From the NCBI GenBank assembly GCA_002269645.1, contig NIVC01000218.1, forward strand, positions 13,231 through 77,230: a stretch of 64,000 nucleotides of DNA. Direction: 5' to 3'. A program made the position numbers and the translations under genes. How positions within the stretch are numbered: position 1 is the stretch's first letter; each line of letters starts with the position of its first letter. This document shows, in pieces, positions 23,743-36,099 of the stretch. A model generated the notes under the pieces. That model was not told the origin of the DNA. It was given only the letters and a program-made list of their open reading frames with translations, and made no database searches. This stretch comes from Macrostomum lignano (lineage: Eukaryota).

Positions 23743-25639
23743 ATTAGGGAGTAATATATAGTATATATATAGTATATAGTATATAGTATATAGTATATAC
23801 TAATATATAGTATATATAGGGAGTAAAGAAGGTTATAAAGTGCAGTGCAGCGAACGGCGGAAGGCGATTCTTTTATTATTCCGTCCAATAGGGAGTAGCA
23901 GTCTTTAACTTGAAAAGATTTTCGCTTTGTATAAAAATCGATAAATTCCCAGCTATAGAATACTGGATAGCGCTAGACTTGGACATGTGAATAAACAATA
24001 AACAACAATTGAAAAAGAGAGAATTGAGAGGCTTTTTCAGGCGTTTGGCACCTGCCGAGCCTCTGCGCTAAAATTGGTCGGGAAGGGGACGGAGTTGAGC
24101 AGACACGTCAGTAAAACTGAGCCATTTTGAGCTGCTGCTGCTGTATTTAAGTAAGGCCTTGGCTATGCGGCACTGGGACTGGCCCGGCCATGCACTGCTC
24201 CCGCGGGTCTCACCAGTTGGGACCAATTGGGACCCGACCTCCCAAGCCCCTGCCAGCCAGCCAGACTGTTCCGCGCTCCATGGTCCCGCAATTAGCAATT
24301 GAAAATTGGCGACTCAATTTTGCTCGGATAAATCAAAGGGGGCAGGCGAGCTCGGGGGCTGGCGCGCGTAGGGCTTTGAGCATTCTCATGCTCGAACTCT
24401 ATGATGCACGATTGCACTGGCACTGCCAGTAGATGAACTTGAAACGGACCAGTTCAAGAGCATCAAATATGGCTATATATTTAACTTTTATATCAATACG
24501 AAAGTTACGGAAATCAGCCTGTGCTGATGGCCAGCCGTCATCATGCCATCAAGGACCACTGTAGTAGAAGGACTCTGCACTGCTGCTTTGTCTTCACCTG
24601 AAATATTTAATGTAATTGCCTACTGAGAACTCCAAACGCATCACAGAAGAAAGCAACGGGCAGAAAATTGAGCAGTTGTGACACAAACTTATACACTATA
24701 CAAAAAACATTAGCCGCGAGTGCAGACTCCTACTACAGTGGTCCATGCATATCCGCAGCAACTTCCACCCCGAAACCAGTACTTTTCTCAGGTCTCAGCT
24801 CAAAGTGACGCAATTCACGTGTCTCAACAGTGGGTGATGTAATTTGCGTCACAGAGGCCCCAGCTTAGGCTGGTGAGGATCCAGAGTGGAAAGTCATGGC
24901 TTCAGTTGGATTAAAACTGCCACTTGTTGTCCACTGGCTGGTTTCAGGGTGGAAACTTTACCATGTCGCTGATCTATTTAAAAAAACTACATCCAATCGC
25001 GTCAGATCGCAAACTTGGGTTACAAAGTACTCATGTAGGAATTTATTCATGCAGAATTCTTGGCTTTGTCCCCCCACCATCAGACTGCATGCCAAGCCTG
25101 CTCTTCTTTGTCTCTTTTCAGCTTCAGGTTTGTCTCTTCTCAGCTCTCTTAATTAGCTCCTCTTTTCTCCCCTCTCCTCTCTTCTCCTTTATTCCCTCCC
25201 CTCTCCTTTCTCCTATCTCTCTTCTCTATTCACTCTCCTCTCTCCCCTCTGGCCCGCAGTAATGCGTTAGGTTCTCTACCTGGCCATTGAGGTAAAAGTT
25301 TTCCGATCTCTGAAGTAGAGGATTTCAAAGCAGGTTTACTCAACAACATTAAAAAGTCGCCACCTTTGACAGTGCGCAGTAAATTCCAGCTCAGTATTGA
25401 CTTTTGAGTGACGCAACTTGCGCCACGCGACGCAGAGCTGGGCTGGGTGAGGAGGGATTGGGAAGAGCGGAGGGCGAAGACTGGATAGATTGAAGCTTCC
25501 GCCCGGTTTTCATTGTTTTTTTTCTAGCATTTTTAAAAATCAAAATGGTTGGCCAGGTGATAAACACTGGTTGCAAAAAACATTGCTCACTGGGGCAAAG
25601 ACTGCGACTTTTCAATGTTGCTGAGTATATTCTGACCAC

Positions 25640-26012
25640 AGGGGCGCCGTAATCTAGCGGTCTAGCGCGGCGCTCTGATGTCAGATGTGACATGGTCGAG
25701 GCTCGATTCCAAGTGCAGTCACATTAATTCGGGGCTAAATTGGAATCTCGGATTGGCTCTGCTTGTGCAATTAACCGCTCAGCTTGAGGGCCAACCCCCA
25801 AGGCACAGTGAAGTGTACATGCCTAACGATAAATAAAGTTAGGGCCGCTGTACACTCCTGTGTGTGTGTGCCTGTGCGTATGACTGCGTACGTATCCGCG
25901 CGCTTGTGTGCCTGCTTAGGGGAGTCAGCGGAATGGGCAGCAATGCCTCTCGTCGGTTGTGTGAAAATGTCGCTTAAAGTGCGCCATCTGGGTGCACACA
26001 GCCCCTGCCTCT
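25640..26012 (+). mobile_element. SINE family A (duplicate of 12616-12975)
   Basis: Same head and body. Confidence 0.75.
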
Positions 26013-26880
26013 GATGAAAAATTTTTGACCGCAGAACTTCATTTCTACACTTGGTGCTGATTTTTAAAGAAATTATTATCCACTGCGATTGCCTTTACTA
26101 GCTATCGTCGAATGCAGTTCTATAGCTAGTGGATGGGGGCTCTAGACTAGACTAAAAGGTTCCCTTAACGAATTTATGCTCATCTGAGTTTCAAATTAGC
26201 CGCATGTCGTGTACCAATTTTAATTGACCCTTAATACGAGTACTAACCGCCAAAATACATGTACAGTCAAAGCCGTGCTCAGACATATAAATCAATAATA
26301 AAAAATAAGCTACCAAATAGTTTACAATTATGTATAAAACACGCGATAAGCTGATTGCGAACAATAACGAATGCTGTTTTTATTAGAGTTGCAACTTATG
26401 AAATGTTTAGCAATAAAAAGCTGACAGGAAGTCATGCCTAAGCACCAGTTGAAAAGTACAGTCACACACAATAGACAGCGGGCCACAGCATATTAGCTAA
26501 ATGTGATGATATTTTAGATACAATAACAAAATAGATTGAAAAACTGGAAATGCTAGCTTGTTAAAAAAGTATTGAAATAATTACTTTATCATTGCTGCTA
26601 AATGCAAGCACAGCAAATAATGCGACACACCAATAAAACGAAGGTAACATTGTTTTACAAAAATAGAATGAATATATAAGAGACCAAATCGAGAACAATG
26701 ATTGCACAAACACAGGAGAAATGGCATTATTTAGCTAGCTAATAAAAATGTAGGACAAAAAAGTCGCGACAACACTCAAAAGCTACTATAAGTAGACAAG
26801 TAGCAGTTTACACGATATACTGATTAAAAATACAAAAATAAGTGATTGGTGAAGATCAGTGACCAGCGATCGGATTCCAC

Positions 26881-27265
26881 TCACTCCTGACCAGCCACCG
26901 GCGAGGTGCCGCGACCTCCGCAGTGCGGGCAGGTGCCGCTGCCGTCTTTAGCGGCGGCGTAGGCAGCGGACTCGGCAATAGCAGCGGCGGCGGCGTCGGC
27001 GTCGTTAATCATGGCGGCCAGCAGGTCGGTCAGCTGCCGATTCTCCTCGGCCAGTTTGGCATTCTCTTCCAACGATTCGGACAGAGCCTGTCGGCGACTC
27101 TCGGCCAGTCTGGCCAGATATTCAGGCGAGTCCGGCTGCTCCTCGGCCGTCAGCCAGGCCAGCTCGGCGTCCGGCACACCGGTCTGGACGTTGGCATCAG
27201 TCAAAGCTGGCGGCAGCTCCGTCTGGGTGGCGGCTTCGCCGACGCGACGCCGATTCGAACGGCTG
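26881..27265 (-). CDS. GMNN: Geminin-like gene copy B, exon 2
   Basis: Intact paralogous exon; differs from copy A at YAAAKDG vs YAVAEDG plus a synonymous change. Confidence 0.72.
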
Positions 27266-27268
27266 CTG

Positions 27269-27790
27269 AGAAATGGGAGATTGGATAGTTAGCCTACAGT
27301 GACTGGGTGCTAAGAAATGGGAGATTGGGTAGTTAGCCTACAGTGACTGGGTGCTAAGAAATGGGAGATTGGGTAGTTAGCCTACAGTGACTGGGTGCTA
27401 AGAAATGGGAGATTGGGTAGTTAGCCTACAGTGACTGGGTGCTAAGAAATGGGAGATTGGGTAGTTAGCCTACAGTGACTGGGTGCTAAGAAATGGGAGA
27501 TTGGGTAGTTAGTCTACAGTGACTGGGTGCTAAGAAATGGGAGATTGGGTAGTTAGCCTACAGTGACTGGGTGCTAAGAAATGGGAGATTGGGTAGTTAG
27601 CCTACAGTGACTGGGTGCTAAGAAATGGGAGATTGGGTAGTTAGCCTACAGTGACTGGGTGCTAAGAAATGGGAGATTGGGTAGTTAGCCTACAGTGACT
27701 GGGTGCTAAGAAATGGGAGATTGGGTAGTTAGCCTACAGTGACTGGCCGCTGAGAAATGGGAGATTGGGTAGTTAGCCTACAGTGACTGG
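27269..27790. repeat. 44-bp minisatellite (about 12 copies), copy B
   Basis: Same unit, shorter and more homogeneous. Confidence 0.95.
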
Positions 27791-28151
27791 CCGCTCTCCA
27801 ACTACGTCTAACCTGAGCCAAGAAGTTCTATAAATGTTCAGATTTTCTAGAGTAGAAAAGTTAAGCAAAAATAGCCATAGTTAGCACCCAGGCAATAAGG
27901 GATCTTTTATATGGTATTTTATTGATCATAAATCGAGGATAGTCGTTAGAGTTTGCACAGTGGTATCCTTAACTTTCAAACCTTCAGACACTGCACATTT
28001 TTTCATACATAGGGATTGACCTAAAGAAAGATTCTAGTTCCCAAGCAAAGATCCCAAGGATACCCGATTTCTAATCTCTAATTGACAAAACCAAGCACCA
28101 ATAATCCCATTGATATTGTATTTGAATTCATAAATCTGCATAGACACAGAC

Positions 28152-28282
28152 CTGCTAATAGTTGATTTAGCATCAGCAAATGGCTTGAATGCTGTCTTCT
28201 TCCGCAGCACAGTTGGCTTCAGCGCTTCCATTCTCAGACTGTGAGCAATATTTTCTTGGCCCAGATCAAACTTGGATGCCAT
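28152..28282 (-). CDS. GMNN: Geminin-like gene copy B, putative exon 1
   Basis: Same 43-codon peptide and donor as copy A. Confidence 0.5.
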
Positions 28283-31200
28283 TTGAATTTATTGGATCTG
28301 ATAATCATGAATGATTATTGGTTCATTAGGGGTAGATAATGGCAAGTTCATTTTACCAATTGAATGCATGATTATATTATCATAAATAGGTAATAGTTAT
28401 AGCAACATTTTCAGTCAAAATCAAGCTGCCAAAATCAACTAGTAGGGGCCTAGCTTTAAAGATTGCACATGAATGACTTCAATTATTAAAATAATTGAAA
28501 ACCCAATTAAAAAGTTCTAATCCAATAAAAAATATTAAAATGACTAATGACTAAGAACATGTTTAATGTGAAAAAACATTTGAATGTTTTTAATACTAAG
28601 TGGGGGTAAAAAACTACCCAGATTAAATTTTAAATTTAATGGCTTACCATAGCTTGCTCCCACTATAACAATAACAATTAGTCTTTTACTAACCCTTTTT
28701 TCTTCTAAAAGTCAAACCCTATCAGCTGGCAAATAAACTAGTTTTCTAGGCTTATTTTGTTTCTATTTTATTTATATAATAGGTTTACAAATATCTCAAC
28801 ATTTCCTAAATTTTATTTTCTATAACAGTTTTTTTAGATTTGATAGGTTCCCTATATTGGCAAAATTTGTTTTAGTATAGGCCCTAGTTTTTATTATTAT
28901 TAAGTTATATATTATTGAAATAGGTTTTGGCCAATAGGAAAATGCTTATAATATAATGGAATAAATATATTTGTTTATTTGCTAGAATTTTCTAGCATGC
29001 GCATGGATGGCAGGAGCTTGTGGCACTGGGGGCATGTGCCCCCCAGAAATTGAATCAATGTAGTAATTTTAGTGCTTTTTCTGATTTTAGGCCCTAATTA
29101 GCAGCTTATAAAGGTACCTGTGCCCCCCTTGCCTTGTGCCCGATGCCCTCCCCATCCCCTAAAATATTAGCCATTAGGCTCTACCACCCCTGAGCATGCA
29201 GGCCACTTTCTTGATTAGGCCTATAATAGTTAATAGTAGAGAATTGAAGTACACTATTTCAACAAATGTGTAATGTATTAGTAGCCTAGGCCTTGGAAAT
29301 AAATATATAAAAAGAGTTAAGAATCTTTTGAATTATTAAACAACCATTAGTAATGCCATAGGCCTTAAGCAGCGCAGCACTGCATTTGAGAATAGGCCTA
29401 TGGCTATATAGGTATAAGAGCAGTGGACAATGTGCATGATGTAGTGATTCTTCAACAATCAGTGGTAAATAAAATATTAGGCCTAGCTAGGCTAATTAAG
29501 ATTTTGAACATAATAATGTATGAGCATATCTAAATGTTTTAGCATGCACATTTTATAAAAAAAACTTGGCAAAAAGGCAACAACGCCAACAAGCTTAATG
29601 AAATATAATGTCCACTCCATCACGCTTAGGCAATGCCACTCCTATTCTGCTATTGAATACTTCAATACTGTGAGCCGGCAATTGTCAAGTTCCATTCGTT
29701 AAATTATTTTGACTCAAGAAAAGTAATTTACAAACTATTTTAAGTACAAATAAATACTTTTAAGAGACATAAATAATTAGGCCCTATGACATAGTCAGGA
29801 ATGACTATGCCCTATGACATAGCCTATGTCTCTTAAAATAGTTATTTAAGAGACATAAATAATTATGTCTCTTAAGCACTAAGCACTAATTCTAATCTCA
29901 AGTTGTCTTGTACTCTGTTTTTAACTTGTGTCGATCGCGTGTGCTACGTCCCAAAAATTCAGGTAGGTTGTTAAGTCCAACCAACCTATATACGGCCGAG
30001 TGAGAGAGATCGATCTGACGTGCGACATTTAACATAATTTGAATTCGTCCCTCAATGCGTGTATGATTTGAATGCATCGCAAATGCAATTCTGATATTGT
30101 AATATAATCTTATTTTACAGTCAAATTTTATGTGCTTATACTAGTATACATGCTATATTTTGATTCTTCCTAAATTTAGGATGACAGAAAATACATGTAT
30201 GTCCATTTGAACTCACCGGCTTTGTAGAGCCCTCAATTAAGATTTAAGTATCAAGTAGAACTTAGCAGTGCTACGAAAACATTACTGATAAATAATATTA
30301 CTGTACCTTGAGCTTTTTGCAAAATACATGATGGATGGAGCTTTCGTATACATAAATGTTTACTTATAGAAGGTAGTACATGTATGACGTTGCATTCCTG
30401 CACGATAGCTCAAATGCATGTACAGCACGCACTAACTTTTGTTGCAGTTTCCAATTAATAACACATGGTTGCTTGCTGTGAATATACAATTCTACTTTTT
30501 ACTGTTAAGAGTGCATCTAAATTAATTTTTAATTAGTGTAATTAATTCACAAATTTGTGCCGCGTGCGTTCATTTTTTACAATAGTAACATGTACATGCA
30601 TGCCGGGCATTGGCTTAAAATAATAGGAAAATCGCGACTTGTGCAATAATCTATAGGCCATACAATAATAACACACGAACAGTTAAAATGAAAAGAAAAG
30701 TGTGTACGAACTTTGTTCTTTTTAGTCACAAACAACGAATAAAATTGCGCTATACACTGCGCACATAATACTGAACTGATGCGTGCTAGCATATATTTAT
30801 ATTTAAAATTCATTTTATAAAGAACAGGCAATAGAGTAAAGGGCTTTGATATATAATTTGAGATTGGGTCAGATAAGCACCCGTGGATTTAGGAAGATAA
30901 AATTGGCGACACATGCTTGGAAAACACAGTAAGCGAAGCAAAAGCCGTTGGTAATAAGTTTTAATAAATATTTAAACAAAAAAACACCCAGACAAACTAA
31001 CTCAATGAGTACAATAGCTATTATTTTAACAACGAGAGGTATGAAGGGTGAGTTGGATTGATGCAGCAAGCAGACAGCTAATCCGGTAACTCTGAATGAG
31101 AACGGGTAAAAATTGACAAGACGAAATAAAACAAAATCTGACGGAGATGCGTGCAGGTGTTGCTAACAAGTCCGCGGCTGTTTGAAACCAAAACGGCAAG

Positions 31201-32122
31201 GGTTAAGTAAAACACGGGGGAGATTTTACAGAAAACAGGGCATTCCGTGGACTGAGAGCGATACGATAACAAACTACTACCAGCTATAAGGAACAGTAGA
31301 GCTGCTTAACAAGAATGGAATGCAAAAATGTACAGAATATAAATTGAGATTAACGGCATATAAAATATGCACATTGGGAAGTAATAAAAATGAGAACACC
31401 AAACTGGTGTACCAATATGACGAGGCAAGCAAGGAGAAGCGCACCGAACACACAAGTCTAATGAGAAATCACAATTGAAACAATGACAAAAATAGTTGGA
31501 GCACAAAAAACCTAATAAAAACTGGAATGTTGCCATCGAAGCTGTGGGGTTTGGAGAATTTTTGGTGAGCAAAACAGCCAAATAGGTGTGGACAAAATAA
31601 CCGGTAATATATATATATATAGCTCACAGGCTTGCTTGGTCTTCTCTCTATTAGAAGCAGCAACAGCAATTCGATACTAAAAAGGCCAATTATTCTCTTT
31701 CAGCCAGTCCACCGGAAACTAAGAAAACATCAACTCTGATAAGAGTTATCAACACAGCGCCCACCAGAGGCAAACTCAAACACCAGGAAAAATGAGATTA
31801 CACATTAAATTGATGGGACTCGGCAAAAAACTATGAGATTAAGACGAATTTTTGATGAGGACTTTGCGACTAGATGGAAATTTGCTCTGTTAGAGCAAAA
31901 ACATTTGTTGGAATACATGTAGCCACAGATACTTAAATAGCTAGACATGTCACTGAAATAAAAAATCTAATAAACTTTAATTGATTCAACGTTTTTAAGC
32001 TGCAACAACCGCCGCTGGCTTTCTACAAGCAGACCCAATAAATTAGCAACTTAATTCTGTTTGATTGTCCTGTGTGCATAGCGAGCAAGAGGGAAAAGGG
32101 CCCCAAGTCCCAGCCAGACCGA

Positions 32123-32384
32123 GAGGCTCTTCACGGCAATCGATTCCAGAACCAGAATCGGTTCGGATTTCCAAGAAAAAAAGCAGTATAACTTTTTAAC
32201 TTTGTTGAATGTTTGACTGCCTTAACAGCCTCACTTTGCACAATTTTTCACTTTCTTCTTGGCTATTGCCATCCAATAATCAAAATTTTAAAGCACTAAT
32301 ATCTCTCTAGTTTAGGAGACAAAAAGTTATACTTTACAAATTGGTTCTGGTTCTAGAACCAGAACAAGCAATATGAAGAGCCTC
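32123..32384. mobile_element. 262-bp MITE (same family), present only in copy B at this site
   Basis: TIR GAGGCTCTTCA / TGAAGAGCCTC, TSD CGA; empty site near 20380. Confidence 0.87.
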
Positions 32385-33338
32385 CGATACACAGTTAGGT
32401 TTTCCTCCCTTTTGTCCGCTTGTCTGAATTTGATCTCTTTACTTTCTGCTCTCTCATTGGCTGAGCTAGATTTCCCTGCCCCCCTTAGGCTGAGTTTCGT
32501 CCGTCTAACTTTGACTTCTCTCTCCTTACTGCTCTCTCATTGGCTGAGCTAGATTTTCCTGCCCCCCTTAGGCTGAGTTTCGTCCGTCTAACTTTGACTT
32601 CTCTCTCCTTACTGCTCTCTCATTGGCTGAGCTAGATTGGGCCAGACTGAGTTTCGTCCGTCTTGCGTTCACTTGTATATCAAGTTAAATGCTTTCTCTT
32701 CATTCTTAACCCTATATGCTCCTGGGGCCACAACCCCGAGGAAGGAAAGAAAATTTAGCTGCTACATTAAATTTAAGTAGCATGCGCAGACATATTACTG
32801 AAAAAAGAGTAGACGCTCTGCTTTTCATAACTTCAATTTCTAGTGGCATAGGAAGCTATTCTAGTATCTGTGTATGTAGCTAGGCTTTTCTCAGACAGAT
32901 TCGATTGTTTCTTTAGACATCTCTTAATAAAGCGGCTAATGTATTGAGAAAGACTAAACACTGACTTAAAAAGTTGACATAAATGTAACAATTAAAGGAG
33001 CAAATAATAAAGGAGATCGCGCGCGTTTTTTAGTTAATTGTTTAGAAACATTATGACAATCATTAAAACAGTTAAGTTGAAACAAAATAAACTAAATTGG
33101 ATGATTTTATTGCTAAGTTGAAAGGCAATATTTAGGAAAGCTTATTAATTGCAGTCAATAAAAAAGGTATAGAGCGATTTTTGAGTTGTTTAAGGGGCGT
33201 TTCTTGGAATAGCTTAAGGCCTAAGGGCTACTTTTACAGTAGTTTAAGGAGTCTCTTGGAATAGCTTAATGACGATTCTTATACTTACTGAACAAGGAGA
33301 ATTTTTATTTAGGCAACCTGTGGGCTGATTTTTGGAGC

Positions 33339-34041
33339 TCACAGCGTCGACTTTGCCGACTCTTTGTTACCGCCGCCGCGTCGGCCGGCGCTTTCGCTGC
33401 GCGCCTTCCGCCGACGGAACAGCCAAGATCCGGACAGCCGCTTCCGCCAGCTTTGCTGACCGGACTTGCCAGCTGCTTGCATCTGGTGAAGGCCGCCGCC
33501 AGTCACGGAGCGAACGCTGCCAGTGACGGAGCCGCCGCCAGCATTGGCGGATTCGTCCTGCTGCTGTTGCGGAGGCCGCGGCGTCTCCAGCGGGCTGACA
33601 ACCCACAGACGGAGTGCCGATCTGCTCTCCCGGATTAGACGGCTCAGGTGCTCGTGCGATGCCCATTTCACATCCTGGTCGCCGACTCCGATGACTACAT
33701 CACGCGGCTCCAGGCCGTTCGCCTTCGCCTGGCCGCTGTCGTCTACTGAGGCCACGGTCACTGGAGCCTCGCCGGCCAGGCTGAACCCGAAGCTGCCGCT
33801 GCCGCCGCCGTCGCCTTCGCCGCGATGTAGCCGAATTTCCCGCGGCTGCGACCAGGCGTTGCGCGAATTGAAAAACCCGATTGGGCCCAGCGCGGTGAAC
33901 AGGTCCTGCACCGGGTGGCGGTGGAAGTTCGGCTCATCTGGCGACAGGGCGCGGCCGATGCGGGCCCGGATGCCGCTGGAGTAGAATGAGACCAGCTGGG
34001 CGCTGGGCTCCAGCTCGATGTCCATGTGCAGCGTGCGGGCT
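33339..34041 (-). CDS. RHPN: Rhophilin terminal exon (PDZ)
   Basis: DLFTALGPIGFFNSRNAWSQPREIRL...FGFSLAGEAPVTVASVD...DVKWASHE matches the rhophilin LGP...W..PR-PDZ region. Phase 2 acceptor fits the upstream exon; TGA at 33339. Confidence 0.9.
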
Positions 34042-34105
34042 CTGGCGGGCAGGGGTAGGTGAAACAAGTGTTTATAATAATAATAAATATTCCCAAGAGA
34101 GCTGC

Positions 34106-34319
34106 AAGCATCCTGGAGCAATGCCTTCGACGACATCGTCCCACAACCAGCGCTGAGGCAATTCTGCCCATTCCGCTGACTCCTGAGCACATGCCAGCGC
34201 GCCAGTACTGTACGCAGGCACGCACTCATACACACGCTCACACAGGGTGTACAGCGGCCCTGACTTTCTAATCGTCAGGCATGTGCACCCTTGGTGCCCG
34301 CTAAGCTGCTCTGCCCCCT
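34106..34319 (-). mobile_element. SINE family A, internally deleted (duplicate)
   Basis: As 22105-22318. Confidence 0.72.
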
Positions 34320-34504
34320 GAAAGGATGCCTTCTGCAAACACGAAAGTTTGAAGCTCGAAACCTCACAAGCATGAAACATCACATCTTCGAAAAAAAATT
34401 GAAGCTTGGAAGTTTCGTGCTTGTAGAAATGATTGACAAGACTTTTCGACGATAGGAAATTTGGAGCATGCGAAAGTGACTCGGCGAAATGATTTTATTG
34501 ATGA

Positions 34505-34942
34505 GCAGCTGAGGATCTGGGAGGGTGCAGGCGGTGGCCTGGCAACTGAGGATCTGGGAGGCTGGCTCAGCACCTGAGGATCTGGGAGGCTGGCTCAGCA
34601 CCTGAGGATCTGAGAGGCTGGCTCAGCAACTAAGGATCTGAGAGGCTGGCTCAGCAACTGAGGATCTGGGAGGCTGGCTCAGCACCTGAGGATCTGGGAG
34701 GCTGGCTCAGCAACTGAGGATCTGGGAGGCTGGCTCAGCATCTGAGGATCTGGGAGGCTGGCTCAGCACATGAGGATCTGGGAGGCTGGCTCAGCAACTG
34801 AGGATCTGGGAGGCTGGCTCAGCAACTGAGGATCTGAGAGGCTGGCTCAGCAACTGAGGATCTGGGAGGCTGGCTCAGCAACTGAGGATCTGGGAGGCTG
34901 GCTCAGCAACTGAGGATCTGGGAGGCTGGCTCAGCAACTGAT
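34505..34942. repeat. 28-bp minisatellite, copy B
   Basis: About 15 copies in the last rhophilin intron. Confidence 0.95.
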
Positions 34943-35229
34943 GATTTGAGCAACAATGGCAAAAACTACTATCAGTAGCTTCAACTCAAATGAGTTAGTC
35001 CTTCAACGAGTTAAAAGTTAGTATCCCACTATAAACACTTGATGTCAAGAAATATTTTCAAAACAGAGAGCTAAACAGACAGTTGAACACTATTTCAATG
35101 CAAAAATCGTTTCGGTTAAAGACAGGATTCTCATACTGAGCAGTTCTATTTTTAGTGCTGCAGGTACAGATCGTACCGGCTAATTCCGCTAAGTAAAGAA
35201 TCTTTTAAAACCAATTCATTAGAACTTAC

Positions 35230-35350
35230 TTAGAGTGCAGCCGATTTAGCGTGTTGCTGCACACTGCCAGGTCACTCAGCTTCTTGTTAAGCGACATCAA
35301 CCGGATGGCCTCCTCGAAGCACGACATGGCCTCGGCTGCGTACAGTCGGG
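35230..35350 (-). CDS. RHPN: Rhophilin exon (end of BRO1)
   Basis: (A)RLYAAEAMSCFEEAIRLMSLNKKLSDLAVCSNTLNRLHS. ccctcag acceptor, GTAAGT donor, phase 1 to 2. Not in the ORF track. Confidence 0.8.
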
Positions 35351-35436
35351 CTGAGGGATTCCGTGTGAGAGTTGAGTGAGCCGAATAGAATACTAGATTT
35401 TTAATGCTATCATGCAGTCACGGATTGAGAGGGGCA

Positions 35437-35440
35437 GACA

Positions 35441-35497
<57 letters not shown>

Positions 35498-35552
35498 CAC
35501 ACACACACACACAGACAGATAGACATACAGACAGACAGACGGGCAGACAGAC

Positions 35553-35639
<87 letters not shown>

Positions 35640-35642
35640 GGC

Positions 35643-35675
<33 letters not shown>

Positions 35676-35676
35676 G
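35437..35676. repeat. (CAGA)n microsatellite
   Basis: Direct reading. Confidence 0.95.
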
Positions 35677-35691
35677 TAGCAGGTAACTAAC

Positions 35692-36045
35692 CAAAGGCCC
35701 GCAGCTCGCCGGAGGTGGTGGGTTTCCTAGAATTCCTGGCCAGCAGGACTTCGGTCAGCCTGGTGACAACCTCGGCCACTGGAACGGCCGTCCCGGACAA
35801 GGCCAGGGCGTCCACCATGAAGTTGGCCAAGGCGAGTCGGGCCAGTCCTTTGAAATAGTTGGTTTTGAGCTGCACCAGAGTCAGCCAGGTGTCCGGTATG
35901 AAGTCCGAGTAGCGCAGAATGTCGCCGGACAGTCGAGTGTCGACATTGTTGAATACGTCGCTGATAAACTCGGCGGCCTGAGCCCGGACCAGGTAGAACT
36001 CGGCCAGGCCCTGGATTGAATTCGGCTTTGACTGCGGCTGCTGGG
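35692..36045 (-). CDS. RHPN: Rhophilin exon (BRO1)
   Basis: [21 protein letters not shown]...[23 protein letters not shown] matches the BRO1 IP..W...V..K..YF motif. Phase 1 to 1. Confidence 0.85.
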
Positions 36046-36099
36046 CTGTAGGTTAATGCAGGTAAATTATTTGGGGTCATTTGAGGTCACTAGTTGGAG

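Larger units (their letters stand above)
23821..34942. repeat. Tandem segmental duplication, copy B (about 11 kb)
   Basis: Same content and order as copy A; unique rhophilin intron sequence resumes after about 34942. Confidence 0.93.

Noticed and set aside
34130-34270. HDV-like ribozyme suggested by CGGAATGGGC in the SINE body
   Set aside because: I could not build consistent P1/P2/P3 pairings by eye; a covariance or descriptor search would be needed.
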